DNA of 64,000 nucleotides from Phycisphaerae bacterium (lineage in GTDB: Bacteria > Planctomycetota > Phycisphaerae > UBA1845 > Fen-1342): the NCBI GenBank assembly GCA_050115495.1, contig JASFQK010000011.1, positions 1 to 64,000 on the forward strand. Reading direction: 5' to 3'. Below are positions 40,417 to 50,256 of the stretch, piece by piece. The position numbers and the translations under genes were made by a program. How positions within the stretch are numbered: position 1 is the first letter of the stretch; every line of letters starts with the position of its first letter. The notes under the pieces were generated by a model. The model was not told where the DNA came from and made no database searches. It saw nothing but the letters and a program-made list of their open reading frames with translations.

Positions 40417-41454
40417 TTAGAACAACGACAACTGCCGTTCGGTGGGCGTGGGGGGCGGGGCGGGGGAGTGGAACTCCTCTCGCCAGGATTGGCCGCAGTC
40501 GAGGCCGTGGCGGGTGGCGGCGGTTTCGAAGAGGCGTTGGACGCTCAGCCAATAGGCGCCTTCGGCACGCATGCGCCAGCCGAAGCGTGGATCGTTCCAG
40601 ACGCCGCCGCGGAGATCGAGGATGCGCTGCTGGACGCGGTCCGCCGCCTGCGGGAACCCGGCGCGCAGGCGCGCCAGGAATACTTCTCGCACCGAGCCCG
40701 GCAGACGCACCGCACCAAAGCTCGCCGATGTCGCCCCGCACGCCGCCGCCCGGGCCAGCAGCGTGGGGATATCGCGGTCGTTCAACCCCGGGATCACCGG
40801 CGAAATCAGCACGCCCACCGGCAAACCCGCCTCGGCCACGCGGCGCATCGCCGCGAACTGCCCGTTCGGCGGGACCACGCGCGGGGCGAGCAGCCGGGCC
40901 ACTTTCGCGTCGGCGAACGGAATGCTGAACAGCACGTACGCCGCCGCCACGCGGTGCAGCTCACGCAGAATGTCCAGATCGCGGATCACGAGCGGCGATT
41001 TCGTGACGATGCACACCGGGTTGGCTCGCTGCCGGCAGACTTCGAGGCAGGCCCGTGTAATGCCGTACTTCGCCTCCAGCGGCTGGTAGGCGTCGGTCAC
41101 GCCGGAGAACTGGATCTTCTCGCGTTTCCAGCGCGGCTTGGCGAGAGCCTGGGCGAGAAGCTCGGCGGCATTGACCTTGACCGTGATGAGCGTCTCGAAG
41201 TCGGTACCGGCACCGAGGTCGAGGTATTCGTGCGTTCGCCGGGCATAGCAGAACGCGCAGGCATGCTCGCAGCCGCGGTAGGGGTTGACGCTCCAGCGGA
41301 AGGGGATGTCCGGGCTCTCGTTGTGCGACAGGATCGACCGCGCCTGCTCCTCGCGCACAGAGAGCCGTGCCGGCGGCGGCGGCTCGCACCACTCGACCTG
41401 CTCGCTCAGCAGCCGGTTCGCGGGATTGTCCTGGCAACCCATGCCGAACTCCAT
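40417..41454 (-). CDS. Radical SAM protein, PA0069/Rv2578c (SplB-like) family
   Basis: SPDIPFRWSVNPYRGCEHACAFCYAR (CX3CX2C), SGVTDAYQPLE, IVTKS...RD.D and PVIPGLND motifs. Confidence 0.92.
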   Translation of the reverse strand: MEFGMGCQDNPANRLLSEQVEWCEPPPPARLSVREEQARSILSHNESPDIPFRWSVNPYRGCEHACAFCYARRTHEYLDLGAGTDFETLITVKVNAAELLAQALAKPRWKREKIQFSGVTDAYQPLEAKYGITRACLEVCRQRANPVCIVTKSPLVIRDLDILRELHRVAAAYVLFSIPFADAKVARLLAPRVVPPNGQFAAMRRVAEAGLPVGVLISPVIPGLNDRDIPTLLARAAACGATSASFGAVRLPGSVREVFLARLRAGFPQAADRVQQRILDLRGGVWNDPRFGWRMRAEGAYWLSVQRLFETAATRHGLDCGQSWREEFHSPAPPPTPTERQLSLF

Positions 41455-41466
41455 CGCGCCGGCGGT

Positions 41467-41495
41467 ATTATATTAGGTAAATGTTAGCATGGCAA
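41467..41495 (-). promoter_or_regulatory. Near-consensus sigma70 promoter of the radical SAM gene
   Basis: TTGCCA-17-TATAAT on the minus strand. Confidence 0.8.
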
Positions 41496-41745
41496 CCCCC
41501 GGCGGTCGATCGGCGGGACGGGGAAACAAGTGGGCCGGTGACGTTTGTTTCCGTCACCGGCCCGGGTGCAGTACTTCGACCCACGGTTGGGGAGGAAACC
41601 CGCTCGCGAGTGGTCCGGGCGTGTCCGGACCAGCTCGCTCGCGAGGAGGCTGTTGAACAAGGGGTACTGGCACCTCGCGTCGCGCGCTTCGAGCGGCCAT
41701 ACGGACCGCTCGGCTCGGAGCCAGTCCCCTTGTTCCAACTGCTGG

Positions 41746-42966
41746 TTACGGTTCGTTTCGGTCGTTGCGCTCGCCACGCGGGCGCTGGCCGCGACCCGTG
41801 CGTTCGCCGCGGCCCGGCCGCTGTCCATTCTGGCGGCCCGTCGAGCGGGGCTGTTCGCTGGCCAGGGCCTTTTCGAACTCCTTCGCCTGGTCAGCGTCGA
41901 GCAGCTTGACGATTTCCTGCTTGGTCTTGCTGGCCAGCTCTTCCTGGGCCGCGGTGTCCCGACGGTTGAGCTCACGGCTGGTTCGCATCGCCTCTTCGAT
42001 GATCTTCTGCACGTCGGTCCGCTGCTGGCGGTCGAGCTTCAGCCGGCGGATGGCCCGCATGATCGACCGCAGGTCCGGTGCCTGCTCCCTGGTCTGGGCC
42101 TGTCCCTGTCCCGGCCGGAAGCCTTCGCGGATCTCGGCGAGCTTGGCCTGCTGCTCCTCGGTGAGGATCTCGGCTAACTGGTCGAAGAACCCGGCCATCG
42201 GGTTGCCCATGCCGCCGCGGGATTCGCGCATCTGCCGGCGCAGCTCCTCGACGCGGGCTTCATCGCCGGCTTCCTGGGCCGCGCGCATCTCCTCCCACAT
42301 CGCCCGCATTTCCTCGCCGCGCTGTCCACGGCGCTCGCGGGCGTTGGCCCGCCACTCGTCGAGTAACTCGTCGTACTGGGCCTGCTGCTCCTCGGTCAGG
42401 CCGAGCTGCTCGGGCAGGGATTCCATCATTCGGCGGGGGTCGGCCTGGTTCTCGCGGCCACCGGGACGCATCCGGGCCATGCGCTCTCGCATCGTGGCCA
42501 GTCTGCCCTGCTGTTCGTCATCGAGGATCGTCTGAACCTCGTTGAAGAAGCTGTCCATCATCTCGCGCATGGGCTCGCCACGGCGCTGCCGCATCTGCTC
42601 GCGAAGCTGGTCCATCCTCTCGCGGTCGCCCGACTCGCGGGCTTCACGCATCTGCTCCCAGAGCTCGCGGTCCTCTTCGGACGGGCCGCTCATTTGCTGG
42701 AGGCGCTCCCGGAAGCCAGCCACGATTTCGTCGAGTTCGGCCTGCTGCTCCTCGTCGAGTTCGAGCTCGCGGGTCAGCCAGCCGGCCATGCGTTCCATGG
42801 GTCGGCCGCCGAAGCGGCCCATGCCGCGCTGTCCCCCTCGGGGACGGAAGCCCGGCGGCCTCCCGGCTGCGTTGTCCGGCGGCCCGGCAGGGGCGTCTCC
42901 AACCTGAGCCAACGCCGGCACAACCATCAGCGCCGCGGCGAGCATCGCGATCCAACGCAATTTCAT
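41746..42966 (-). CDS. Exported Spy/CpxP-like (LTxxQ-repeat) helical protein
   Basis: AAGGAG RBS; signal peptide; repeated LELDEEQ, ILDDEQ, LGLTEEQ, ILTEEQ, LKLDRQQ and LLDADQ. Confidence 0.8.
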   Translation of the reverse strand: MKLRWIAMLAAALMVVPALAQVGDAPAGPPDNAAGRPPGFRPRGGQRGMGRFGGRPMERMAGWLTRELELDEEQQAELDEIVAGFRERLQQMSGPSEEDRELWEQMREARESGDRERMDQLREQMRQRRGEPMREMMDSFFNEVQTILDDEQQGRLATMRERMARMRPGGRENQADPRRMMESLPEQLGLTEEQQAQYDELLDEWRANARERRGQRGEEMRAMWEEMRAAQEAGDEARVEELRRQMRESRGGMGNPMAGFFDQLAEILTEEQQAKLAEIREGFRPGQGQAQTREQAPDLRSIMRAIRRLKLDRQQRTDVQKIIEEAMRTSRELNRRDTAAQEELASKTKQEIVKLLDADQAKEFEKALASEQPRSTGRQNGQRPGRGERTGRGQRPRGERNDRNEP

Positions 42967-43175
42967 GGGTGGTCTCCTTCGTGTTCGTACGTTTGGGCGA
43001 CTCCGGCCGCAGGCGGCGGGTCGCACCCAGTCTATCGGTACGGGCCGGGCAATTCCTGCGCCCGGGTCGCCCCCCCGCGTGGGGGGCGTTACTCCAGGCA
43101 GAACGTCGGGCTCGGCCAACCCTTGCCGGCGGGGCGGAGAATTCCGGGGGCCGCTGGCGGCCCCGCCCGAGCCCG

Positions 43176-43204
43176 TTGACGACAGGCGTGGGCGCTTGTA
43201 CGAT
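43176..43204 (+). promoter_or_regulatory. Putative infA promoter
   Basis: TTGACG-17-TACGAT. Confidence 0.65.
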
Positions 43205-43359
43205 CTCCCTTTCGTCCGGGGCGTGACACGCGAACGCCGTTCGAGGTGCGCTGTGCTGCGGGCCCGAGGCGCCGGTTGCCGCCGGCCGCGGATCCCCATT
43301 TCAGGGCATTCGGTGGATGTCACGATAGCGTTCGGCAGACGCTTGCAGAAGGAGTGTGC

Positions 43360-43587
43360 TTGGCCAGTCAGGATGCCATTCAGATGGAGGCGGTCGTCGT
43401 CAAGGCGCTGCCCAACGCCATGTTCCTCGTCGAAGCCGAGGTCGGCGCTGCCAAGCATGAAGTCCTCGCCCACGTTTCCGGACGTATGCGCAAGAATTTC
43501 ATTCGCATCCTTCCCGGCGACCGCGTCACGGTCGAGCTGTCCCCGTACGACCTGAAGCGCGGCCGGATCGTCTACCGGCAGAAGTAG
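43360..43587 (+). CDS. infA: Translation initiation factor IF-1
   Basis: AAGGAG + TTG start; ALPNAMF...[38 protein letters not shown]. Confidence 0.97.
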   Translation: MASQDAIQMEAVVVKALPNAMFLVEAEVGAAKHEVLAHVSGRMRKNFIRILPGDRVTVELSPYDLKRGRIVYRQK

Positions 43588-43665
43588 CCGCTTGGCAGGG
43601 GGGCTGGTCCGTAACCGCTCCCGGTTGCATTCTCCCATCATTGGGATTTCCCCCTGGTCTGCACG

Positions 43666-44046
43666 TCAGCCCGGCTGATTATCCCCTGATTCCTCGCCGA
43701 ACGCCGCCAGCGCCTCCGGTACCCCCTCGTAGAAAGCGAACATGGTGTCCAGCTTGGTGACCTGGAACACCCGCTGCAATTCCGGCCGGAGGCCAGCGAA
43801 GGCCACCTGCGTCCCGCTTTTGTCCGCCTTCCGCCGTAGCGTCAGCAGCACCCCCAGGGCCTGCGACGACAGGAAGCGGACGTTCGTGAAGTCGATCAGC
43901 AGGCGAGGCGTCTCGCCGGCGTCGACCAGCTCGTAGAGCTGCCGGCTGAGATTCTGGATCGACACCGTGTCCAGGATCGAGTTCTGCTGGAAGCTGACCA
44001 CGCCGGTACTGCCGCGACGTTCAACACTCATACCTGTGCTACCCAT
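43666..44046 (-). CDS. STAS-domain anti-sigma factor antagonist
   Basis: LLIDFTNVRFLSSQALGVLL and VFQVTKLD motifs. Confidence 0.9.
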   Translation of the reverse strand: MGSTGMSVERRGSTGVVSFQQNSILDTVSIQNLSRQLYELVDAGETPRLLIDFTNVRFLSSQALGVLLTLRRKADKSGTQVAFAGLRPELQRVFQVTKLDTMFAFYEGVPEALAAFGEESGDNQPG

Positions 44047-44381
44047 CCATGGCACTCCAAGGTCCCGGCCGGTGCCGGACTCAGGAGTATACCCGCTGTC
44101 AGTGGCTGGGGCAGGCCCCGCCCGATAAGCCGGCAGCCGGGGTCCATCTTTTTTGTGCCGCGCTTGACCCGCGCGATCGGCGGGGCATAGAACCAGTGGC
44201 ATGCGGGTGTGCACGCGCCCGCGGGTCGAAGGCAATGTTCACCTCGGAGTCTGTGCGCGCGACCGCCTCACGATATCGGTGCGCGCGCTCGATAAGACCG
44301 TGATGGTGACTGTGCCCACGATGGGCTTGTTCGGGCGTTGATAGATCCTGGGTTTGCACCAATTGGAGTGGAGAGACCCTG

Positions 44382-45128
44382 ATGAAAACACTTCTCGCGA
44401 TGGGGGCGATCGTTCTGACGGCGACAGCCGTGTCTGCTGCCCCCCTGATTCCGGCCGTCGCCGGCCACGATTTTACTCTGGACGCGTTCAATACGAGCGG
44501 GACCGTTGAGTATCTCACCAACGGCACCCAGCCGGACACGCTCACCTTCGAGCGTAACGCCGACGACCACGAGGTCGGCGCCTTCTGGCCCAACTGGCCC
44601 TTGCCACCCATGGTGCCGGTTTGGGATCTGTCTGATCCGGCGAACTTCGGCGGCGATTTCGTCATGAACGTGCAGTTCACCGGCCAGGATGCGCCGTACG
44701 GCGACCTGACCGTCAGCCTGACGGGCACCGGTGCGAACGACGGGGCGGACGTCGAGATCTACGGCTCGGTCGTGATCGGCGGCGACACGATTTCCGGGTT
44801 GCTGTGGGCCATCGACCTGGACGCGGTCTCGTTGTACGGCTACGCGGACGACAGCACGTACATTCTCGAAGGCGTCGGGACGGTCGTGGACTGCGAATTG
44901 GCTACGTACTACCCGGAGCTGCTCGGCGGGATGGGCGCCGTCCGCGGTCACCTGGACTTCTTTGGCGCGCCCGATGGCTGGATGCCGCCGCTGTACGACC
45001 CGCTGGGCGACGAGTACCCGGACGCGATGGTGCGTGCCGCCTACTCCGCCGAGACTGGCCTGATTCCGGAGCCGGGTGCGCTGTTCCTGCTGCTGGCGGG
45101 AGCGGTGGCCCTGCTGCGACGAAACTGA
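44382..45128 (+). CDS. PEP-CTERM surface protein
   Basis: Signal peptide; acidic body; C-terminal IPEPGALFLLLAGAVALLRRN. Confidence 0.9.
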   Translation: MKTLLAMGAIVLTATAVSAAPLIPAVAGHDFTLDAFNTSGTVEYLTNGTQPDTLTFERNADDHEVGAFWPNWPLPPMVPVWDLSDPANFGGDFVMNVQFTGQDAPYGDLTVSLTGTGANDGADVEIYGSVVIGGDTISGLLWAIDLDAVSLYGYADDSTYILEGVGTVVDCELATYYPELLGGMGAVRGHLDFFGAPDGWMPPLYDPLGDEYPDAMVRAAYSAETGLIPEPGALFLLLAGAVALLRRN

Positions 45129-45157
45129 TTCTGCTCCATTGGGTGAGCGGTGAGGAG

Positions 45158-45190
45158 AAGCCCGCGCATCTTCGCGCGGGCTTTCTTTTT
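45158..45190 (+). terminator. Rho-independent terminator
   Basis: aagcccgcgc/gcgcgggctt stem followed by tcttttt. Confidence 0.8.
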
Positions 45191-45202
45191 GCGCCGAGGC
45201 GG

Positions 45203-45996
45203 CTACGGATCCTCGTCTTCCAGAGCGCACCAGCGGGACGGGAAGATGTAGCGGGCGGTCCAGTCTTCGCCCCACTCCAGGCGGGTGAACTTCGCGTGAC
45301 CGTCGAGGAAGGCGAGGCTCAGGCTCGTCCCGTCGGCGTCGTGCCAGATGGCGGAGTACATGTGATTGCCGCTCGTGGTCCACATCATCTGCTGATCGCC
45401 GGCCAGCACGAACAGCGACGGCGAGACCTCGACGGAGACGACACGCAAGGGGCGGGGGGGTAGTAGTGGCGGCACGTCGTCTCGTCGATCTCGCCACGCG
45501 GGATGGTCTGGTTCAGCGGATAGCTGTTGCCCATGTAGTCGTAGGTCGAATGCCCGATGGACCCGGTGTCGGGCAGGTTCAGGGCACCGATGTCGGCGGG
45601 GCAGTGGAAGACCTCGGCGGTGCTGTTGCCGTAGGGGTCGAGTCCCACGTAGCGATTGACCGGGCGCGGGTTGAGCGGCGTTGGCCCGCCGACCGCGTAG
45701 ATTTCGACCTTGCCACCGTAGAACCACCTGATGTTCTGCGTGTGCGTGGGGAAGACCCACTCGGCCTCTTCTTCGAGGTACAGGGTCCACCCGATCGCGA
45801 TCTGACGGAGGTTGGAGGTGCAGCGCACGCGCTTGGCCCGCTGGCGAGCCGCGCCGAGGGCGGGCAGCAGTATGGCGAGCAGCACGCCGATGATGGCCAC
45901 GACGACCAGCAGCTCGATGAGCGTGAACCCGTCGCGGCGGCTGGGGCAGGGGGGCGCCGCCGGCGAGACTGCTTGTGTGGGGCTGTGGCTGGGCAT
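45203..45996 (-). pseudogene. Prepilin-type N-terminal methylation (DUF1559/H-X9-DG-like) gene split by a one-base frameshift
   Basis: [14 protein letters not shown]...C.SNLRQI...FHCPAD is in one frame and WHD...LAFLDGHA is in another. The frames join at the G7 run at 45454-45460. Confidence 0.85.
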
Positions 45997-46117
45997 CGTC
46001 ACCACCGTTGTGTGAGGGTTTGACCGGCCATCCCTGGCGGTCAACCCATCGGGGGACGCGGGCTCAGTTCAATTCTACCTGCTGTCGGCGGCGCGCGGAA
46101 CAGGAAACGCAGTGCGG

Positions 46118-46654
46118 TTACAGCGCGTAGTGGTCGGTGCTGAAGACCTGCGCGTGCGGTTTGCGGCGCCGGGGGTGCAGTGGGAACAGCAGATCGTCCG
46201 TCGCCGGATAGCCCAGCGGCATGAGGGCGATCAGGGCGAGGTTCTCTGGGATCCCGAGCAGCTTCTTGACCAGCTTTTCCTGGAAGGCGCCGATCCAGCA
46301 GGTGCCCAGCCCCTCGGCGACGGCGGCGAGCGTCAGGTGGTCCAGCGCGATGGCCACGTCGACCTCGACGCTGTTGCGGTGACCGGCCATTTGCCTGGCC
46401 GCGTGCTCGGTCAGGCCGCAGGCGGCGACGATCACCGGTGCATCGGCGAGCCACATCTGGTCGTTGGCCAGCTCGGCTACCTGGCGCCGCAGATCGGCGT
46501 CGGTCACGAGGATGAAGTGCCAGGGCTGGTTGTTGCAGGCGGACGGCGCCGCCCACAACGCCGTGCGCATGCGTTCGAGCACGTCGGCGGGAATTGGCCG
46601 CCGATCGTAAGCCCGCACACTCCGCCGCATCTGGATCGCTTCCATAACGTTCAT
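46118..46654 (-). CDS. Nitroreductase-family protein
   Basis: RRSVRAY, APSACNNQPWHF, LAAVAEGLGTCWIG and LGYP motifs. Confidence 0.93.
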   Translation of the reverse strand: MNVMEAIQMRRSVRAYDRRPIPADVLERMRTALWAAPSACNNQPWHFILVTDADLRRQVAELANDQMWLADAPVIVAACGLTEHAARQMAGHRNSVEVDVAIALDHLTLAAVAEGLGTCWIGAFQEKLVKKLLGIPENLALIALMPLGYPATDDLLFPLHPRRRKPHAQVFSTDHYAL

Positions 46655-46832
46655 TGTGCGTCTCCGCGGGTCGCCTGTTTCGCTGTCGGGGAGTATACGC
46701 CGCCGGCGATGAGTATGAACAGCCGACAGTCGGCCTCGGTGTGTAGGGATATAATTCGTTGTCGGGCATATCGCTGAGCGGTCGGGCGTACAGGGGCGCC
46801 GCGCTCGTAGAACCAAGCCGGGAGGAATTGCC

Positions 46833-48494
46833 ATGTTGCACCATCGTTGTTGTGTTCTCGCCGTCACGATTGCGGGCGTGCTGCTGGCCGGCGTGGCATG
46901 TGGCCAGGAGTTCATCTCGAACGGCAACTTCGACAAGGACGCCGCCGGCTGGGACAACCAGCCGCGCGATCAGGCCGGCGTCGTCTCGGAGTGGCTGGCG
47001 ACCGGCGGCCGTGACGGCAGTGGCGGCATCCACATCACCAGCAGCAGAAGCGGCCGAGGAGCCATTTGGGTCTGGCAGTACACCATCTACCCACTGCCTG
47101 CGGGGAAATCGCTGCGTGTCGCCGGCTGGGTGAAGGGCAGGAACGTCCAGGATCTCGCCGGGATCTGCGTGGAAGGCTGGAACGCGACCCGGTCGCGAAT
47201 GCCCGATTTCGCCACGACGCAGACGAGCCGGCCGCTCGCTGGGGATTTCGACTGGACGGAAATCGAGACCCGCCTGACGCCCACCGCCGGGACGGCACAG
47301 GTTCATGTCCTGATCTTCCTCAGCGGGACGGGCGAAGTGTGGTTCGACGACGTTTCGGTGACGGGCGAGGACGACCCGCAGGCGGCTCCGGCGACCACCC
47401 AGCCACTGCCCGGGCTGTACGACGTGCGCAGCAAGTACATGGTGTCGGCGAGCCGCAAGGCGCCGAAGACGACTTTCCTGGTTCCCTTGCCGCTGGACTA
47501 CCGGGAGCAGGTCCCGCTGACGTACGAACTGTGGACCAAGCCGGCGGAGAAGCTCGCCGCCGCCCGCATCTACCAGGATCAGCCGGGCAACTACGTGGCC
47601 GAGGTCGTGTTGAAGCCGATGGCACTGCTCGAGCGAATCGAGCTCGGGTGGCGCTCGATCGTGCTGTGCGGCCCGCGGTCGTTCGAGGATGTACCGGCCA
47701 AGGCGCCGATTCCCGCGGAGTGGCCTGAAGCGGTTCGACCCTGGCTCCGCGGCTCGCTGTGCGTGCAGAGTGACGACGAGCGGATTCGGGAAGTGGCCAG
47801 GGACATTCGCGGGGACAGGACCGACGTGCTGGAGATCGTCAGCAGAACGCTCGATCGCGCCAGGCAAATCTACGACGCTCAGGAGGGGCGCAGCCTCAAC
47901 CTGGACGCAGTGCAGGCGCTCGACAAACGGGGCTCGTGCACGAGCTGCGCCAACCTGGTGGCGGCTTTGTTCCGCGCCAACAACATTCCGGCACGGGTGC
48001 TCGCGGGATACGGTACATGGGCCGGACCGCATCAGACGCACTACATCGTCGAAGTGTACGTGCCGGAGTACGGCTGGTACCCGATCGAGTCGACGAAGCT
48101 GCACGCTCCCTGGCAGCCGTATCAGCAGGTGCAGGTGTCGATCGTGCGGCCGGAGTACGAGGATCGTTCGGCGTTCCGGGCCATCATTGCCGCCGGCGTG
48201 CCGTACCTGTCTCTGACCGAGATGCCGGATTACGACGGCTCGGTCGGCCCGTTGGGTATTGTGAGTGGAAAGCGGTGGGGCTGTGACCACGTGGCCGAGC
48301 GCTGGCAGGCGTTCCCGGCGAAGACGACGACCGGTGATTGGGAGAGCCTGATCAAGGCGGGGCGCGATCGCTGGCAGGCCTGGCTGGCGTCGCCGCCGAC
48401 GTTGGACGAGAAGCGCCGGCTGGCCACGCCGCTGACCGCGACGGCGGTAGAGACGAACGACCCGGCGGCGCTGCTGCGCACGCTGCGCGAGTAG
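46833..48494 (+). CDS. Exported protein with a CBM-like (NGNF...VWFDDV) domain and a transglutaminase-like domain
   Basis: GGAGG RBS; GSCTSCANL..ALFRANNIPAR and HYIVEVYVPEYGWYPIE motifs. Confidence 0.85.
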   Translation: MLHHRCCVLAVTIAGVLLAGVACGQEFISNGNFDKDAAGWDNQPRDQAGVVSEWLATGGRDGSGGIHITSSRSGRGAIWVWQYTIYPLPAGKSLRVAGWVKGRNVQDLAGICVEGWNATRSRMPDFATTQTSRPLAGDFDWTEIETRLTPTAGTAQVHVLIFLSGTGEVWFDDVSVTGEDDPQAAPATTQPLPGLYDVRSKYMVSASRKAPKTTFLVPLPLDYREQVPLTYELWTKPAEKLAAARIYQDQPGNYVAEVVLKPMALLERIELGWRSIVLCGPRSFEDVPAKAPIPAEWPEAVRPWLRGSLCVQSDDERIREVARDIRGDRTDVLEIVSRTLDRARQIYDAQEGRSLNLDAVQALDKRGSCTSCANLVAALFRANNIPARVLAGYGTWAGPHQTHYIVEVYVPEYGWYPIESTKLHAPWQPYQQVQVSIVRPEYEDRSAFRAIIAAGVPYLSLTEMPDYDGSVGPLGIVSGKRWGCDHVAERWQAFPAKTTTGDWESLIKAGRDRWQAWLASPPTLDEKRRLATPLTATAVETNDPAALLRTLRE

Positions 48495-48591
48495 GGCGAC
48501 GTTTCGGTTACCGACTGCGATTCAGCGAGGGTTCCTGGAGTGCGGGGGGCCGCGTTTTGCCGAGAAACGGCCAGCGGGGAGCGTGCGTCGT

Positions 48592-48781
48592 GTGTGCCAC
48601 TGCTCTTGAGCAGTGCTCTTCGTTCGCCGGAAGATCTCGCGAATTTCGGCGACCGCCGGCCGCGGTTCGGGGCAAGTTTCCAGGGATAGTGGAGGATGTG
48701 CCTTTGCGCCTCGATGATCCGTTCGGCTGATCGGGCGTTGGCTGTGCTGTCGAAACGCACTGATCGAGAGCAGTGGTACAC
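48592..48781. repeat. Inverted pair of REP-like palindromes
   Basis: 48592-48621 is the exact reverse complement of 29011-29040; a degenerate partner lies at 48757-48781. Confidence 0.8.
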
Positions 48782-49033
48782 TCGTGCTTTCTCGGTTGAT
48801 CATGGGTCGGTAGCGCGGTCGGCCCGCACCGCTCGTCAAGAGCGGCGGCACGCTCGCGGTCGTTGGCCTGAGCGGCCCGCTCGGCTGATTGAGTGTCGGT
48901 CGCGGTGAGGGTGCGGGACATTGACGGGGGGGGGTACACTTCCATTGACGCGCGGGTGCGCGTCGCCGGGGAGAGGTTGTCATCGTTATCGTGTGCTGGT
49001 CTCCGGCCGTGCCGAAGGCAGAGGAGGCTTCAC

Positions 49034-50146
49034 ATGCGCGCGATCATTGCAACCCTGTGGCTGGCGGTCGGCGTGGGGGTTTGTGGCGATATCCAGTATT
49101 TCGACGGCGGCCCGTGCGAGTACGCCGACACGCCGGGCGTGGCCACCGTTGTCTCGGTGTCGCCGGCCGATCCGGGCGATCCCAACTGCTGGAACGATCC
49201 GGTCGAGGTCGTCTTCGACTACGTGCCGGACGACCCGGAACTCGCCCACCTGGCGGTGTCGGGCATCCGGCTGACCATCAGCGAGGGCGTGAACCCGCCG
49301 GCGACCTGGGTCGAGGATGAGGGGCTCACCGCCGGCTCGCCACACCCGTGCCTCCGCCGGGACATCACGTCGGGAGCGTGCACGCCGCTGCTGTTCGAGC
49401 TGCTGGACGTGGACTACGAGGCGGGCATCGACCAGTGCTACGACGGGGCGTTCACCATGACCGTCGTGCCGGAGCAGGTCTACGACGCGGTCTACGGACA
49501 GCGGATCGTCGTGCTCGTCTCGGTTGAGGACAACGGCCAGACGCCCGTGCCCGAACCGGTGCACATCACCGTCAGCAGCAGCCAGGCGGACATCACGGTT
49601 GTGCCCGCGTACATTCTGCCCGGGCAGGTCTGCGAGGCAACCGCCATTCCGCGGCCGCGCCTGGCGTTCGGTGCGGGGTCGAAGCCGCTGCACAGCGCCG
49701 GCCAGCGCGGCTACCCGGAAGGCGACGACGTCGTGATCACCGTCTGTGGTGAGCGCAACGGCGCCGAGCAATCAGCCGAGCTGCACGTCAACGTTCTGTA
49801 CGGCGGAGATGGCTGGCTTGAATACGCGACGATGGTACGCGAACGCTTCATTCCCTACCTCGCGGAGCAGCACCCAGAGCTCGGCATCACGCCGCAGACG
49901 GTGTGGACCGGCACCATCGTCAAGCCGCACATCCTCGTCGTGACACACTACCTCTTCTTCTCGGCGGAGTGGGAGATGGGCATCATGTGGCACAACACGA
50001 TCCCGCCGTACGACTGGTCCCGCATCTACCTGCGGCATCGCTACACGGACATGACGCCGACGTACGCCTTCGAGATCAGTTCGTTCAGCGCGCAGCCGCC
50101 GGAACAGCCGCATCCGATCGACCCGCCGGCGGAGGTCGATCGGTAG
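49034..50146 (+). CDS. Secreted hypothetical protein
   Basis: GAGGAGG RBS; signal peptide; acidic, Cys-containing N-terminal domain. Confidence 0.8.
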   Translation: MRAIIATLWLAVGVGVCGDIQYFDGGPCEYADTPGVATVVSVSPADPGDPNCWNDPVEVVFDYVPDDPELAHLAVSGIRLTISEGVNPPATWVEDEGLTAGSPHPCLRRDITSGACTPLLFELLDVDYEAGIDQCYDGAFTMTVVPEQVYDAVYGQRIVVLVSVEDNGQTPVPEPVHITVSSSQADITVVPAYILPGQVCEATAIPRPRLAFGAGSKPLHSAGQRGYPEGDDVVITVCGERNGAEQSAELHVNVLYGGDGWLEYATMVRERFIPYLAEQHPELGITPQTVWTGTIVKPHILVVTHYLFFSAEWEMGIMWHNTIPPYDWSRIYLRHRYTDMTPTYAFEISSFSAQPPEQPHPIDPPAEVDR

Positions 50147-50256
50147 AGTACCGGTCGACCGTGTGCGTGGTTTTCCCTTGCTTCTGGCGTGTTCGCGTCG
50201 GTATAAAAAGCGTAGCGGCACGTAACCGTCAGAAGGGGGGTGGGAAGGAGAGAACC

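Noticed and set aside
44150..44381. Riboswitch in the long region upstream of the PEP-CTERM gene
   Set aside because: No recognisable cobalamin, TPP, SAM or c-di-GMP consensus found by eye.
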